Positions 13,228 to 23,924 of a stretch of DNA of 64,000 bases are shown here, piece by piece. Origin of the DNA: the human T2T-CHM13v2.0 reference genome, Homo sapiens; assembly GCF_009914755.1 (NCBI RefSeq), contig NC_060926.1; one strand, 5' to 3'. A program made the position numbers and the translations under genes. The notes under the pieces are model-generated. The model was not told where the DNA came from. It searched no databases and worked only from the letters and a program-made list of their open reading frames with translations. How positions within the stretch are numbered: the stretch's first letter is position 1; each line of letters opens with the position of its first letter.

Positions 13228-14039
13228 ACATGGCAACAGTTTTTGAGGATGCTCAAGGCATTTTGCTTGTTGACTTTCTAGGGGACCAAAGAACAATAAA
13301 TATCTGCATATTATGAGAGTGTTTTGAGATGGTTGGCCAAATCTTTATCAGGAAAACAGCAAAAACAAAGCTTCACCAGAGATTCCTTCTTCATCATAAC
13401 AATGTTCCTGCTCATGTTTCTGATAAAACAAGGGAAACTCTGCAAGAGTTTTGATGATAAATCATTAGGCATCCACCTTGCAATCCTGATTTATTTGTCT
13501 CCTTCTGACTTCTTTTTTTTTTTTTCCTAATCTTAAGAAAATCTGTAAAGGGCAACCAGTTTTTTTCAGTTAGTAATATAACAAACATTGCATTGACATC
13601 TTTACTTTCCTGGTCCCATAGTTATTTTAGGGATTGACAAAATGGTTTGTACTATTGCTTACAAAAGTGTATTGATCTTGATAAAGCTTATATTGAGAAA
13701 TAAATTATATATGTTTTATTGTCTTTTAATTTAATTTTTCCACAAACTTTTCTGAAGCCCTCTCATATTTCTTCTAAAATCTATTTTTATGTTGGCCTCA
13801 ATGAAACCATAACAGGTTTAATGAAAAACAATTTAAAACATACATAAAATATGATTTTCAGGGATTAACTCGTATCATTACCTTTCCTTTTACAAATTAA
13901 TTAAGTTGATTTTAAATGTAACCCTTTCTCTGTTATTTGCCATCTTCTGGAAAATTTAATTTCTTCAGCATTTACACTGTCCAACTGCCTGTTTGGGAAG
14001 ATCAACTGTTCCACTTACAAATATTTGCTACCTTAGCTC

Positions 14040-14165
14040 CATCATCTGTGCATAATTGTATCTACACAATGGTGTTGTGAGAATCAAATAGAATGCTACA
14101 TGTAAAGATTTTGTAATAGTTCTTGGCACATATTAAACACTCAAAAAATGTAGGCATTATTGTTA
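14040..14165 (+). mobile_element. MIR 3' fragment
   Basis: CATCTGT...GTTGTGAGAATCAAATAG...TGGCACATATTAAACACTCAAAAAATG. Confidence 0.6.
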
Positions 14166-15444
14166 GTAATAAAATAATGTATATTAAGGCATTTACATAA
14201 AGAGAACTCTTGAGAAATTTTTGTTTCTTCCTTTTCTGTATTATTCATTTCTTTTTGTACAGTAATTTATTGTTTCTAAACTCGACTTCCAAGAGGGTAC
14301 TATGCATTTTTTTAAATTAATGCACAATAATAAGATACTCCAAGGAAGTGAAGTTCAGCAAATATCAGCTGACTTCTCCATGACAAAAGCCATGCTTATG
14401 TTTGGGGTATACAAAAAAGATAACACATGGATTGATTGTACCTCTGGGTCCAAGAACGTTGCCTCTGAGAGAGGGACAGGATACAAGATGGTTTTACTAT
14501 TTTGGCATTTATGGGTAATGTATTGTAATGGAGTATTAGATAAAGTTTGATAGAACTCAGAGATGGCTGAGTTTTTAAGCCAATGCCAAATGTGTCCTAA
14601 GCAGATGGCAAATATTTAATTCACATATGCATTGGTTGCTCATATGTACCTACTTTTACTAGGTCTGGGGTTTTAGTTCCCTGCCTTTGTAGTCCTAATA
14701 ATTTGCTTGTTGAAATAAAGACATGCAAAGAGTAAAAGTATGCAGCATTGAGTGTATAATAATACATCAACAATGTAAGTAATGTCAAATTGCAGTGACA
14801 TAAGATTTCAGAGAAGAGAAAATCAATTACAGCAGAATTTTCTGGAAAGACTTCTGGTAGAAGAAAGGGCTTAGTTGGGCCTTCACAAATAGAGAGGATT
14901 TAAATACCCAGAGATCAGAGAAGGGAGATTTACTAGGTGTGTGTAAAGTTTTTAAGCTTGCAAAGAAACAGATATGAGAAATTGCAAGTGGTGTGCTATG
15001 ATTAGCAAGTACCACCTCTTGGCCACACAAAGCAAAGTTTTATGGGAGATCCAAAGGACATGAGGATAGATTTTGAGGTTCCTTGAATACAACATAAAGG
15101 ATTTTTTTCTCCTGTAAGCATAGGAGAGAGATATAGTACCCTGAAAATATTAGATATTCAATAAATAATTTTAAAAGAATGTATATAGGCTTATATTCAT
15201 GCTTTCACAAAATGCGTTTGAAAATGGAACATACTAAAGTAGGGACTCAGGGATTTAGCTACTAACCCAATAGGAAATGAGGAATAACTAAAAGTACTTA
15301 ATGCATATGCAGTTAGGAAAACCATACTCATTTTTAGCTATTTAGATATGTCTAATATTACACAAATAGTCAAAATATCTAAATTTTCACTAAAAATGTC
15401 CACTTTTCTATTTTATTTTTTAAGGAATTTTTTTATTTGTAACT

Positions 15445-15537
15445 ACAGAGTCTTGCTTTATTGCCCAGACAAGTATCTAACTCCCACCTCCACTTCCTAA
15501 AGTGGTGGGATTATAGGCACAAGCCACTGCACCCAGA
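15445..15537 (-). mobile_element. Degenerate Alu monomer (FLAM-like) with internal deletion
   Basis: GTCTTGCTTTATTGCCCAG...AAAGTGGTGGGATTATAGGCACAAGCCACTGCACCCAG. Confidence 0.7.
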
Positions 15538-15969
15538 TACTTTGTTAAACCCTCTTACTGTAAGAAAATATTTATAGAAAAATCTTGTATGTTTTGAATA
15601 ATGTATTGTGCAGCTGAGCTGTACAGATAATAATAAAATTAAATAGTATTTTGCTTAAATTTGCTCTTATGAATAAAACTAAAATATCATTAAACAATTT
15701 GGGAAATTACTATCTTGAAAGTTGTTGTATTTATGTTTATTTTTTTCCAAAACAATTCTACCTTGAAACAGATCAAGAGAAGCAATCTTTTTTGATATTA
15801 TGTATCCTAGTGTTTCTTTGTATATAAACTTTGTAATAGCAGAATTTTACTTTCGTTTAATGGCATTAAGCTTAAAGTGATTTATGATGCCCTTTGAAAT
15901 AAATGTAACAATCACACATTTAAGAGTTTGCAATAAATGAGGCTGAGAAGACCCAAAAGAAAGAAATAA

Positions 15970-16191
15970 GGGAATTGAACAATGAGATCACATGGACACA
16001 GGAAGGGGAATATCACACTCTGGGGACTGTTGTGGGGTTGGGGGAGGGGGGAGGGATAGCACTGGGAGATATACCTAATGCTAGATGATGAGTTAGTGGG
16101 TGCAGTGCACCAGCATGGCACATGTATACATATGTAACTAACCTGCACAATGTGCACATGTACCCTAAAACTTAAAGTATAATAAAAAAAA
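15970..16191 (+). mobile_element. 5'-truncated L1PA2-type 3' end (~220 bp)
   Basis: GGGAATTGAACAATGAGATCACATGG...GAATATCACACTC...GAGTTAGTGGG...CTTAAAGTATAATAAAA; GAG rather than the ACA/ACG of L1HS. Confidence 0.95.
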
Positions 16192-17449
16192 TCCATAATC
16201 CTCAATATTATTTATCCTAACAAAACAAATAATTCAAAATCACCAAAATATAGAGGGCAAGTTTTAAAATATCTCTGGCATGAACACTTGTAACCACTGG
16301 GCCTTTGTTGCAGACATCTGATAAATACCAGAGGTATAAATACACATAAGACCTTTGCTGATTTTCAGTTATTGCATACTTTTTGCTAATAGCATCAGGA
16401 AACGACATGCCAATAGGAGACTGATTTTGCCATGAATTCCACTGTCATGATACACAACTGTTTCCCTTTCCTTCTATTTCTCTTAAAGTCTTTATCCAAG
16501 TGTAACTAATTACCTTTTAAAAAGGGTTTAATCACTAAATATCTGCAATTTGGTAGTCATTATTTTCATTAAATCCATCTCATGTATTTTTTATGTTGCT
16601 TCAGTCTTCAAAATTGCAGTTGCAATTTTGGCTATTTTTTTAAATTTAATTTCTCATAATTGGTTATTCATCAATCGTTTGATTTTTAGGTTTTAGGTTG
16701 TTTTTTCACAGGTAGAGTAAATTCTGTAATTAATAAGTTTACGCATATAGTTGTATTCTATTTTTTAAATTATTTCCTTAGGATAAAATCTCAGGAGAGA
16801 TATTACTGGGTCAAAAGGTGTAATGGTTTTTATAGCTTTTCAAACAAGTTCCAAATTGCCTTTTGAAAGGATTTTACTGCCTCAATTTATAATACCCCGG
16901 ATGCCTCTCCTGATAATAATACGTGTATATCCACTCACTTACTATTCCTTACTATTCGTTACTGTATCTTCTATGAGTATTCAAGCTGTGGATTGTGTGG
17001 ATCACCCTAATTTCATGTCTATATTCCCAAAGTAATCATGTCTTCTTTAAAGTATTTAAAGTACAGTATCTAAAAATTAAATACTAGGAGGGAACTCCTG
17101 TTCCTGCCTATGCCACCCTGCAGAATCATTAACATCTAGAATTTTCCTTACAGCAAGCAGTGGATACTTGGATTTTTTTGCCTCATTGAGGGACATTTAA
17201 AAAAATTCTTTGCAAAGTTAAGAATAATAGATTAAGGCCGAATCAGTGACACCAAGTATTTGTTTAGATAACTAGGTTTACCTGATCTCCCAAGGATGCT
17301 GGAATCCAATTTAGTATTTTATCTTTTCAATAAATATGTATAGATTTGTGATTACTTATGATTTTGCCCATTTCCTTTATTTCAGAAAGACGTTAATATG
17401 GTAACTTTTCCTCCCCAAACACTTCAAGCACAAAGCTCATAAGAGCTTT

Positions 17450-17660
17450 TGAATGGAGCAAGAGTTGGCCTCAGATTCCAACTCCACAGCTAACAAATCA
17501 TATGGCCATGGGAAGTAACCTGACTTCTTTGAGCCACAAATTTCTCATTTATTAAATGAGAGTGGTATTAACTCCCACTTTCTCATACCATGAAGACTGC
17601 ATGAAATAGCACATGTTCAATTCCCAGAACATGGTATGCCTCCAATGACTATTAATTTTT
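17450..17660 (+). mobile_element. MIR SINE (diverged)
   Basis: GGCCATGGGAAGTAACCTGACTTCTTTGAGCCACAAATTTCTCATTTATTAAATGAG core. Confidence 0.65.
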
Positions 17661-17814
17661 AGAAGACATTAGCACAGATTATGTTTTACTATTAATGCCT
17701 GTTAATATATACAAAGAAATCACGTTGGGACAATCTAGCATCCAAATATACTGATAGTATTTCCAAACCATTTATTGAGCCATGGGCTTATTTGAACATT
17801 TCTTGAAAGCTATC

Positions 17815-18360
17815 TGTATTAGTCAGGGTTCTCCAGAGGGACAAGACTAATAGGATAGATGTATATATGAAAGGGAGTTTATTAAGAAGTATTGACTCAC
17901 ATGATCACAAGGTGAAGTCCCACAATAGGCCATCTGCAAGCTGAGGAGCAAAGACACCAGCCTGAGTCCCAAAATATCAAAAGTAGGGAAGCTGACAGTG
18001 CAGCCTTTGGTTTGTGGCTGAAGGCCCAAGAGCCCCTGGCAAACCACTGGTATAGATCCAAGAGCCAAAAAGCTGAAGAACTCTCCCATGTTAGAGGGCA
18101 GGAAGTATCCAGTACAGGAGAAAGATGGAGGCCAGAAGACTTAACTAGTCTAGTCCTTCCATGCTCCTCTGCCTGCTTTTATCCTAGCCATGCTGGCAGC
18201 TGATTAGATTGTGTCCATCCAGATTGAGGGTGGGTCTGCTTCTCCTAGTCCACTGACTCAAATATTAATCTCCTTTGGCAACACCCTCACAGACACACCC
18301 AGGATCAATACTTTACATCCTTCAATCCAATCAAGTTGGCACTCAATATTAACCATCACA
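17815..18360 (-). mobile_element. MLT2A2 (HERV-L) solo LTR
   Basis: TGTATTAGTCAGGGTTCTCCAGAGGGAC...ATTAACCATCACA, 546 bp; perfect TSD CTATC on both sides. Confidence 0.92.
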
Positions 18361-19925
18361 CTATCAATTATCTCTCCTGAGAAAACTGCATCCTGGTCTT
18401 CCAGGATTCTAAAGCTGAGTCCAGTGACCTCAGGTAAAAGTTCCCACTCCTATATATTTCATTTCCAATAAGAAGAAATTACACCTCCAAGAACTTACAT
18501 GGTCTGTTCAATCAGTGTTCTGTAATTATATAAACACATACAGCAGATCAAAATCACTGTATCTGGTTCTTTTTAATAGAAACGTATATTCAGCAATGTC
18601 CAGTAGGAGCTGGAGTTGTTAATTGTTATCTCTTCTAAAATGACACTTCTGTGTAAAAACTTGATTTAAAAAACTGTAAAACAAAAAGTCATTTCACAAA
18701 AAAAAACTGTAAAACAAAAAGGTCATTATGTCATATTGATTTTTCCTTTTCTGCCAATACCAAGGATCACACCCCATTGTTAATATAGAAACTTCAGTGA
18801 ATTATGTCTTCTGATCCACATTTAAGAGTGCAACATTCTTTCCTGGCCTTTGTTGGAGACCTGGAAGGATCAGCACATTTAGCTGTGTGGTCCTGGTCTC
18901 TAGGACTGCTAACTCAGAGGCAAGTCACAAAAGATAATTCATTGCACTGGGACTTAGTTATTTGTAGTGTCTAACTATCTGCTAGTTTCTATACATTCCA
19001 ATGTTTTTAAAATATGAATAAAAGAACCATACAACAAACCTTTTTGTAAAAATCAGGGAGTGAAGTGCACACACAAAGGAGAATATCTGACCCACAAGTA
19101 TTCAAGAGAGGTCTCCCCCCGTCAAATCTCATCAGGCTAGCAAAGCAGCAGTACATCATTCAAATGAAGTTGGAAACCTGTCTGCTTGGTGTGGGGAGGT
19201 AGTATGTGACACAAGAAAGTAGGTTTTCTGTGACAAAAATATTAAAACAAAACCAACCCAACATTTCTTTTGAAAAGCCAAAAAAAAAAAAAGAAAGAAA
19301 ACTGGAATAATGTAATCTTTAAGCACACATGGAAACTGACAATAATGGAAATAATCATTCCATTTATGAGGTCAGCTATCTAGTTAGAATATGGAAAACA
19401 GTAAGAACAGTCACTCTCCTCCTAACAGCCATAGCAGCATGGATGAGTATCACACCCACAGATTTGTATAAACCTGTGACAAAGCAAAGAATGCAATAAA
19501 ACCTAAGCTGATTACATTTTTTAAAAATGAAATCTCTTCTCACATAGGAAAGAAGCCATCCTCACTCACGAGAAGGGGGAAGACTTTATGACAGACAAGA
19601 GGAAGGATAAAACAGAAAAACTTTTAGTTTTTAACAAATTTGTATGGCTGCTTATGGATGGAGGGCCAGAGTAGAATTTTGAGGAGCCCAGCAAAAAATG
19701 ACACTTTGGTTTTTTCCCCTGGGTCTTCAACAACTATTAGGGGCTGGTATGCCAGACACTGGAAAGAAGGGAGTGGATGAAACAAATCCTGCTTAGATGC
19801 ATGGGGCCTCTCCCAAGTGCAGAGCCATTGTTTCCTAAATGGATGTACAAGAGAGAGGAAGAGTGTTGAAGAGAGGTGAGAGGAATCCATCTGGGGTACT
19901 CAAGTCCCTCACCTACCTTTAAGAT

Positions 19926-20613
19926 TGTAACCAGGCAGCTTAAGTTGAAAATGCATTTTAAAGCTTCCCCCCACACACACCTTTCTCTTGGGTTTCAAGA
20001 TGTAACCTTGAAGCAAACTGTAGAAGTCTTTTCACTTAGCCTTAAAATAAGCTCCATATTGCTCCCTTTCTCACTGCATATACTCCCTTTACATTTATTT
20101 AACTGCAGGCTAGTATCTAATTATGTGCCTTCTTAGAAGTTCCAGGGGCTAATCTTGAGACAGTCGGACCAAGCCTAGAGACCCAGCTGCAAAATTCCAG
20201 TGATTACCTCAAGGCAGCTAGCCAACAACCCAGCCATTGTTGAGATGATGCCAGCCCATGTTCCAGGTGATCTGACACCCAAGATAGCCACCAGAACAAA
20301 ACACATAGGTATTGTATTTGGCATAATTCTTGCATCCCTTGCATATCAAGTTTTCTGTTTCTAAACTCTTGCCTTCCCCCAAAAATTTTGAAGTGGTTGC
20401 TTTGGATGGGAATTCAGCCACTTCTCCTTTGCTAGCTTTGGAAATAAGGTCACTTTCTTTCTACTATACCTCACTCTTGTGCTTTGGATGGGAATTCAGC
20501 CACCTCCCCTTTGCTAGCTTTGGAAATAAGGTCACCTTCTTTCTACCATACCTCACTCTTGTCAATTGGATTCTGCAAATGGCGAGCAACAGAACCCACA
20601 TTCAGTTATGACA
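19926..20613 (+). mobile_element. ERV1-class solo LTR (LTR29/MER34/MER39-like) with an internal 82-bp duplication
   Basis: Begins TGTAACC, ends ...CAGTTATGACA; AATAAG poly(A)-like signal; subfamily uncertain, no clean TSD. Confidence 0.65.
20398..20561 (+). repeat. Tandem duplication, 2 x 82 bp
   Basis: TGCTTTGGATGGGAATTCAGCCAC...CCTCACTCTTG at 20398-20479 and 20480-20561, 4 mismatches. Confidence 0.95.
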
Positions 20614-21410
20614 CTATGGCAGGAAAAGAGAGTTGAGAGAAAGCAATTTGAGACATTCTAGCTTTCACCTACCAAAAGCAGGAACATGGCACAGGAGAAC
20701 TGGGGAAACATCTCTAAGGAGTTCTGAGCACTCAGGGACTATAAGGCAGTTCCTTCATAAGGCTTAGAGCAAAATATCAGAGTTGGAAATTGGAGAGCAA
20801 AGGGAAGTCTCTAGCAACCAAAAAAACAGGCTTCTTCATTGTAAAGCACACAGAGATCTCTGGGAGCTTGTCAGTGCTCAGTCCCCAGGCCTTGCTAGAG
20901 AGAAGGTCCTGACATTGACCAGAAACACTGTATCTAGTGATGAACTGAATCAAACTAAAGCTATAACAAGTTCTTCAGCCAGCTCCAATAATCACTCATT
21001 TGGCCTGAATGGGAAAAAAGTGTGACTCTTTCTGGAGACAAATTTTCAATGTGCCGTATTTTTTTTAAATGAGAAAATGTGAAATATGGTCAAGAAAGGA
21101 AACAGTCAACTAAAGAAGATTCAGAGGCAACTCAGAGGTTGGAATTACAAGATAGGAACTATAAAATAACTACTGTAAAATATGTTAAATGATATACTTG
21201 AGAAGATTCACAATATTCACAGAAATATGAGAAACCCAAATGGAAATGTAGAAATGGTAGAAGTGAAAAATACAAAATCAAAAATGAAGAATATTAAATA
21301 GGTTTGACAGCAGATTGGATACAATACAGGAAAGGATCAGTGAACTTGAAGATGGGTCAATAAATAATACCTAACTGAAGCCCAAGAAGAAAGAAGAGTG
21401 AAAAAATGAG

Positions 21411-21727
21411 GTAATTTGAAAGCATGTCTACAAATTCTTTGACACTCTCCCATCAAGAGGAGATTTTGTAGTTTCTTTGACAGACAGAATGAGGTTAAAG
21501 AGACACTTTTGTGACTTCTGGGACAAGGTTTAAAAAAGAACATGGTTCCTCTGCTCTCTCCCAAGGGATACTCATGCTTGGAATCTAGCCACTATGTTGT
21601 GAGGAAACTCAGGCGAAATAGAGTAGACATGTGTAGATGTCCCAGCTGCCAGTCTCCATGAAGTCCCAGCTGACAGCCTGCATCACCAGCAAGCATGTGA
21701 GTGAGGAAGACTTTGAGATGACTCTAG
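21411..21727 (+). mobile_element. MLT1G/H-like MaLR LTR fragment
   Basis: CAAATTCTTTGACACTCTCCCATCAAGAGG, GCCACTATGTTGTGAGGAAACTC, CCCAGCTGACAGCC motifs. Confidence 0.65.
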
Positions 21728-21759
21728 GTTGATTAAAATCAAGCGAGACATACTTAGTA

Positions 21760-21969
21760 AGACCTTTGAAGAGCCATCCTGGTTTCAGAGCTTCCGTGGA
21801 TCTGACTGAGGTCTTCATGAGACATTATGGTAATCCAACTTTTCTCTCTGTCCAACTCTATTTGTTCCTCCCTCGCTGCAGGTAATGATCCCAATAGCAC
21901 TCCCTGACAAAGCTTGTGCTAGTGGTCTTCAGCTTAGAGTCAGCTTCCTAGGGATTCTAACCTGTGACA
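21760..21969 (+). mobile_element. LTR16-like ERVL LTR 3' part
   Basis: Ends CAGCTTAGAGTCAGCTTCCTAGGGATTCTAACCTGTGACA. Confidence 0.6.
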
Positions 21970-22759
21970 GACCCCAATCTTAAACTCTATTTGTCAAGGG
22001 GTAGGTAAAAGTAAATAAATAAACATTACAAGTAAAAGTATAGTAAGAAAATCTGAGAGGCTATATTTACCTATCTAGTAATGGGAGAAACCTTCTTAAC
22101 AAAGACTGGGAACTCAGGAGATACACTTTTTAAAAAATGGACATATATTAATATAATTTAAATTCTTCTGTATTACTTCAGCTTATTTCTTTTTCTCCTT
22201 TAATTCCTCTTTAAATATGTTTCAAACAGGCTTTTGTCATGTTACAGACTAAGTGATAGCAAAATTAATTCTATATACAAACATTTGATGAAAATATTTT
22301 TGATGCAGAGAGCTCAATATATAATATTCAAAAGGCTATTACTTTTTTGACTAAAAAGAGACAACTTAATACAAAAAGTGTAAATATAGAAGAGCAAACT
22401 TCAAGAGACTACAGACGTATGAAAAAATGAAATGCTGAAGCTCAATAAAATTCAAGGAAATGTAAACTATAATATAACAAGGTTTTTATATCCATTGCAG
22501 TAATTTAAATAAAAAAGAGGAAAAACACCTATTGCTGGTAAGAATGGAATTGTTTCAGCTTTCCATAGAGCATCTTTGAAATATTCTAATAATGTGAATT
22601 AAAAATACATATTCCTTTGGACAAGTAATTTTATCTTGAGACTTTATTTTACAGCTAAAAGCACCAGAACATAGGAACACAGGTATCTAGAGTATTATTA
22701 TCATGACAAAAAAGAAAAGAAAAGTGAATGACCTTCAGTAGGAAAGCAAGTTAATAAGT

Positions 22760-23604
22760 TCAATAAGTAAATTCCTATAATTTTATGTTGCCTTGGCATC
22801 CATTTTGAATATGGTTTTAACTTTCCTGTACCAGAAGCAGGGCTTATTTACCCTCGACAGTTTTCATTCCTCCACCTCCTCCCAGTTCCTCAGTATAATC
22901 AACCGACTTTTATAAAATTGTCTCCTGGTGACCATCTCTCTGTGGGACAACCATACATAACCTACGTAGTTTCTATACCCTGTATGGACTGTATAGATAT
23001 GCCACAGTCATTGTGACTCCATTGAACATGTGCCTGCTTGCTCTAAACTCACCATTTAGAACTTCCTGCAGGAAACCTGCCTGGATAATAATACCTCACA
23101 CCCCAATAAAGGTCATGGTTCATAGGCCCATCTGTCTCTGGCTCCCCCACCCAGTGGTTGAGTGTGCATGTCCTGAATGGCTCTGCCCTTTACTTTGGCC
23201 CCCTGAGGCATGCTGCCCTCTTCTTTCTAGGATCTGTAAGTAAACTACTCCTGTTGTTGTATTTGTTTTGTTGAGTTGCTTCCTATGTGTCCAATCTGCA
23301 AACCCAACATTTTTCAAGATCAGTGTTCTCTTAGACACTGACTATCTTGGCAGGAGTAAACTGGACACAGATCAGACAAGAACCACATGGGTGTCTGCCA
23401 GTATAAACAAGTTTTCTATGAAAGGGACATCTGGTCCCAGGTTGAACACTTAGGCATTAGGCCATCCATGAGGTTAAAGAAATATCCGATGAAAAGCACA
23501 CTGTAAACATTCATGACCAAATCTTCTGGAGTCAGGGCAGGGCTAGAGTTTATAGTTACTTTTAAGAAAAAGACCTGAATGCCAAATTAGAGAGAAACAC
23601 AACA
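22760..23604 (+). mobile_element. MER54A-like ERVL solo LTR
   Basis: AATTCCTATAATTTTATGTTGCCTTGGCATCCATTTTGAATA...AAATTAGAGAGAAACACAACA; TSD TAAGT (22755-22759, 23605-23609). Confidence 0.8.
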
Positions 23605-23839
23605 TAAGTTATGAAACATATACGTCCTGGAATATTATACAGCTATTGAAAATAATGAATGAGGGGTAAGTGTACACTCAGTGTACTAAGTAGAGGTGGT
23701 GAGAGCAGTCCTCCTAGATAATGGTTATAAGGAGGCTTTCTGTCTGTAAAACATTTACCCAAATAGAAGACACTCTGCTTATTTATATCAAGATATGCTG
23801 CTGGTAATTCTAAACAATCTTTCTGATAATATACTTCTC

Positions 23840-23924
23840 AGCCAGGCCCCGTGGCTCATGCCTGTAATTCCAGCACTTTGGGAGGCCAAGGTGGGAGGAT
23901 CACTTGAGGCCAGGAGGTCAAGAC
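23840..23924 (+). mobile_element. Alu left monomer/FLAM_C fragment, 3' truncated
   Basis: GTGGCTCATGCCTGTAATTCCAGCACTTTGGGAGGCCAAGGTGGGAGGATCACTTGAGGCCAGGAG. Confidence 0.85.

Larger units (their letters stand above)
5994..13703 (+). pseudogene. Decayed HSMAR2 transposase
   Basis: ATG at 5994; WVPK motif (TGGGTGCCAAAA) at 12911; frameshifts, stops and two L1 insertions; end approximate. Confidence 0.8.
5812..13765 (+). mobile_element. Full-length HSMAR2 mariner DNA transposon, split by two L1 insertions
   Basis: Left TIR TGAGGAGTCTTCAAAATGTTCATGGAAAAT, right TIR TTTTTCCACAAACTTTTCTGAAGCCCTCTCA; TA at 5810-5811 and 13766-13767; body resumes at 12684 (AAATGGATTATTCATTTTAAGAAGGG) where it stopped at 6130. 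Confidence 0.92.
19330..21410 (+). mobile_element. Ancient L1M 5'/ORF1 remnants, interrupted by an ERV1 LTR
   Basis: 21050-21410 resembles L1M ORF1 coiled-coil region (GAAAGGATCAGTGAACTTGAAGAT); boundaries approximate. Confidence 0.5.

Noticed and set aside
5994-13703. Mariner transposase as a SETMAR-like fusion
   Set aside because: It is HSMAR2, not HSMAR1; it is disrupted and no SET exons are nearby.
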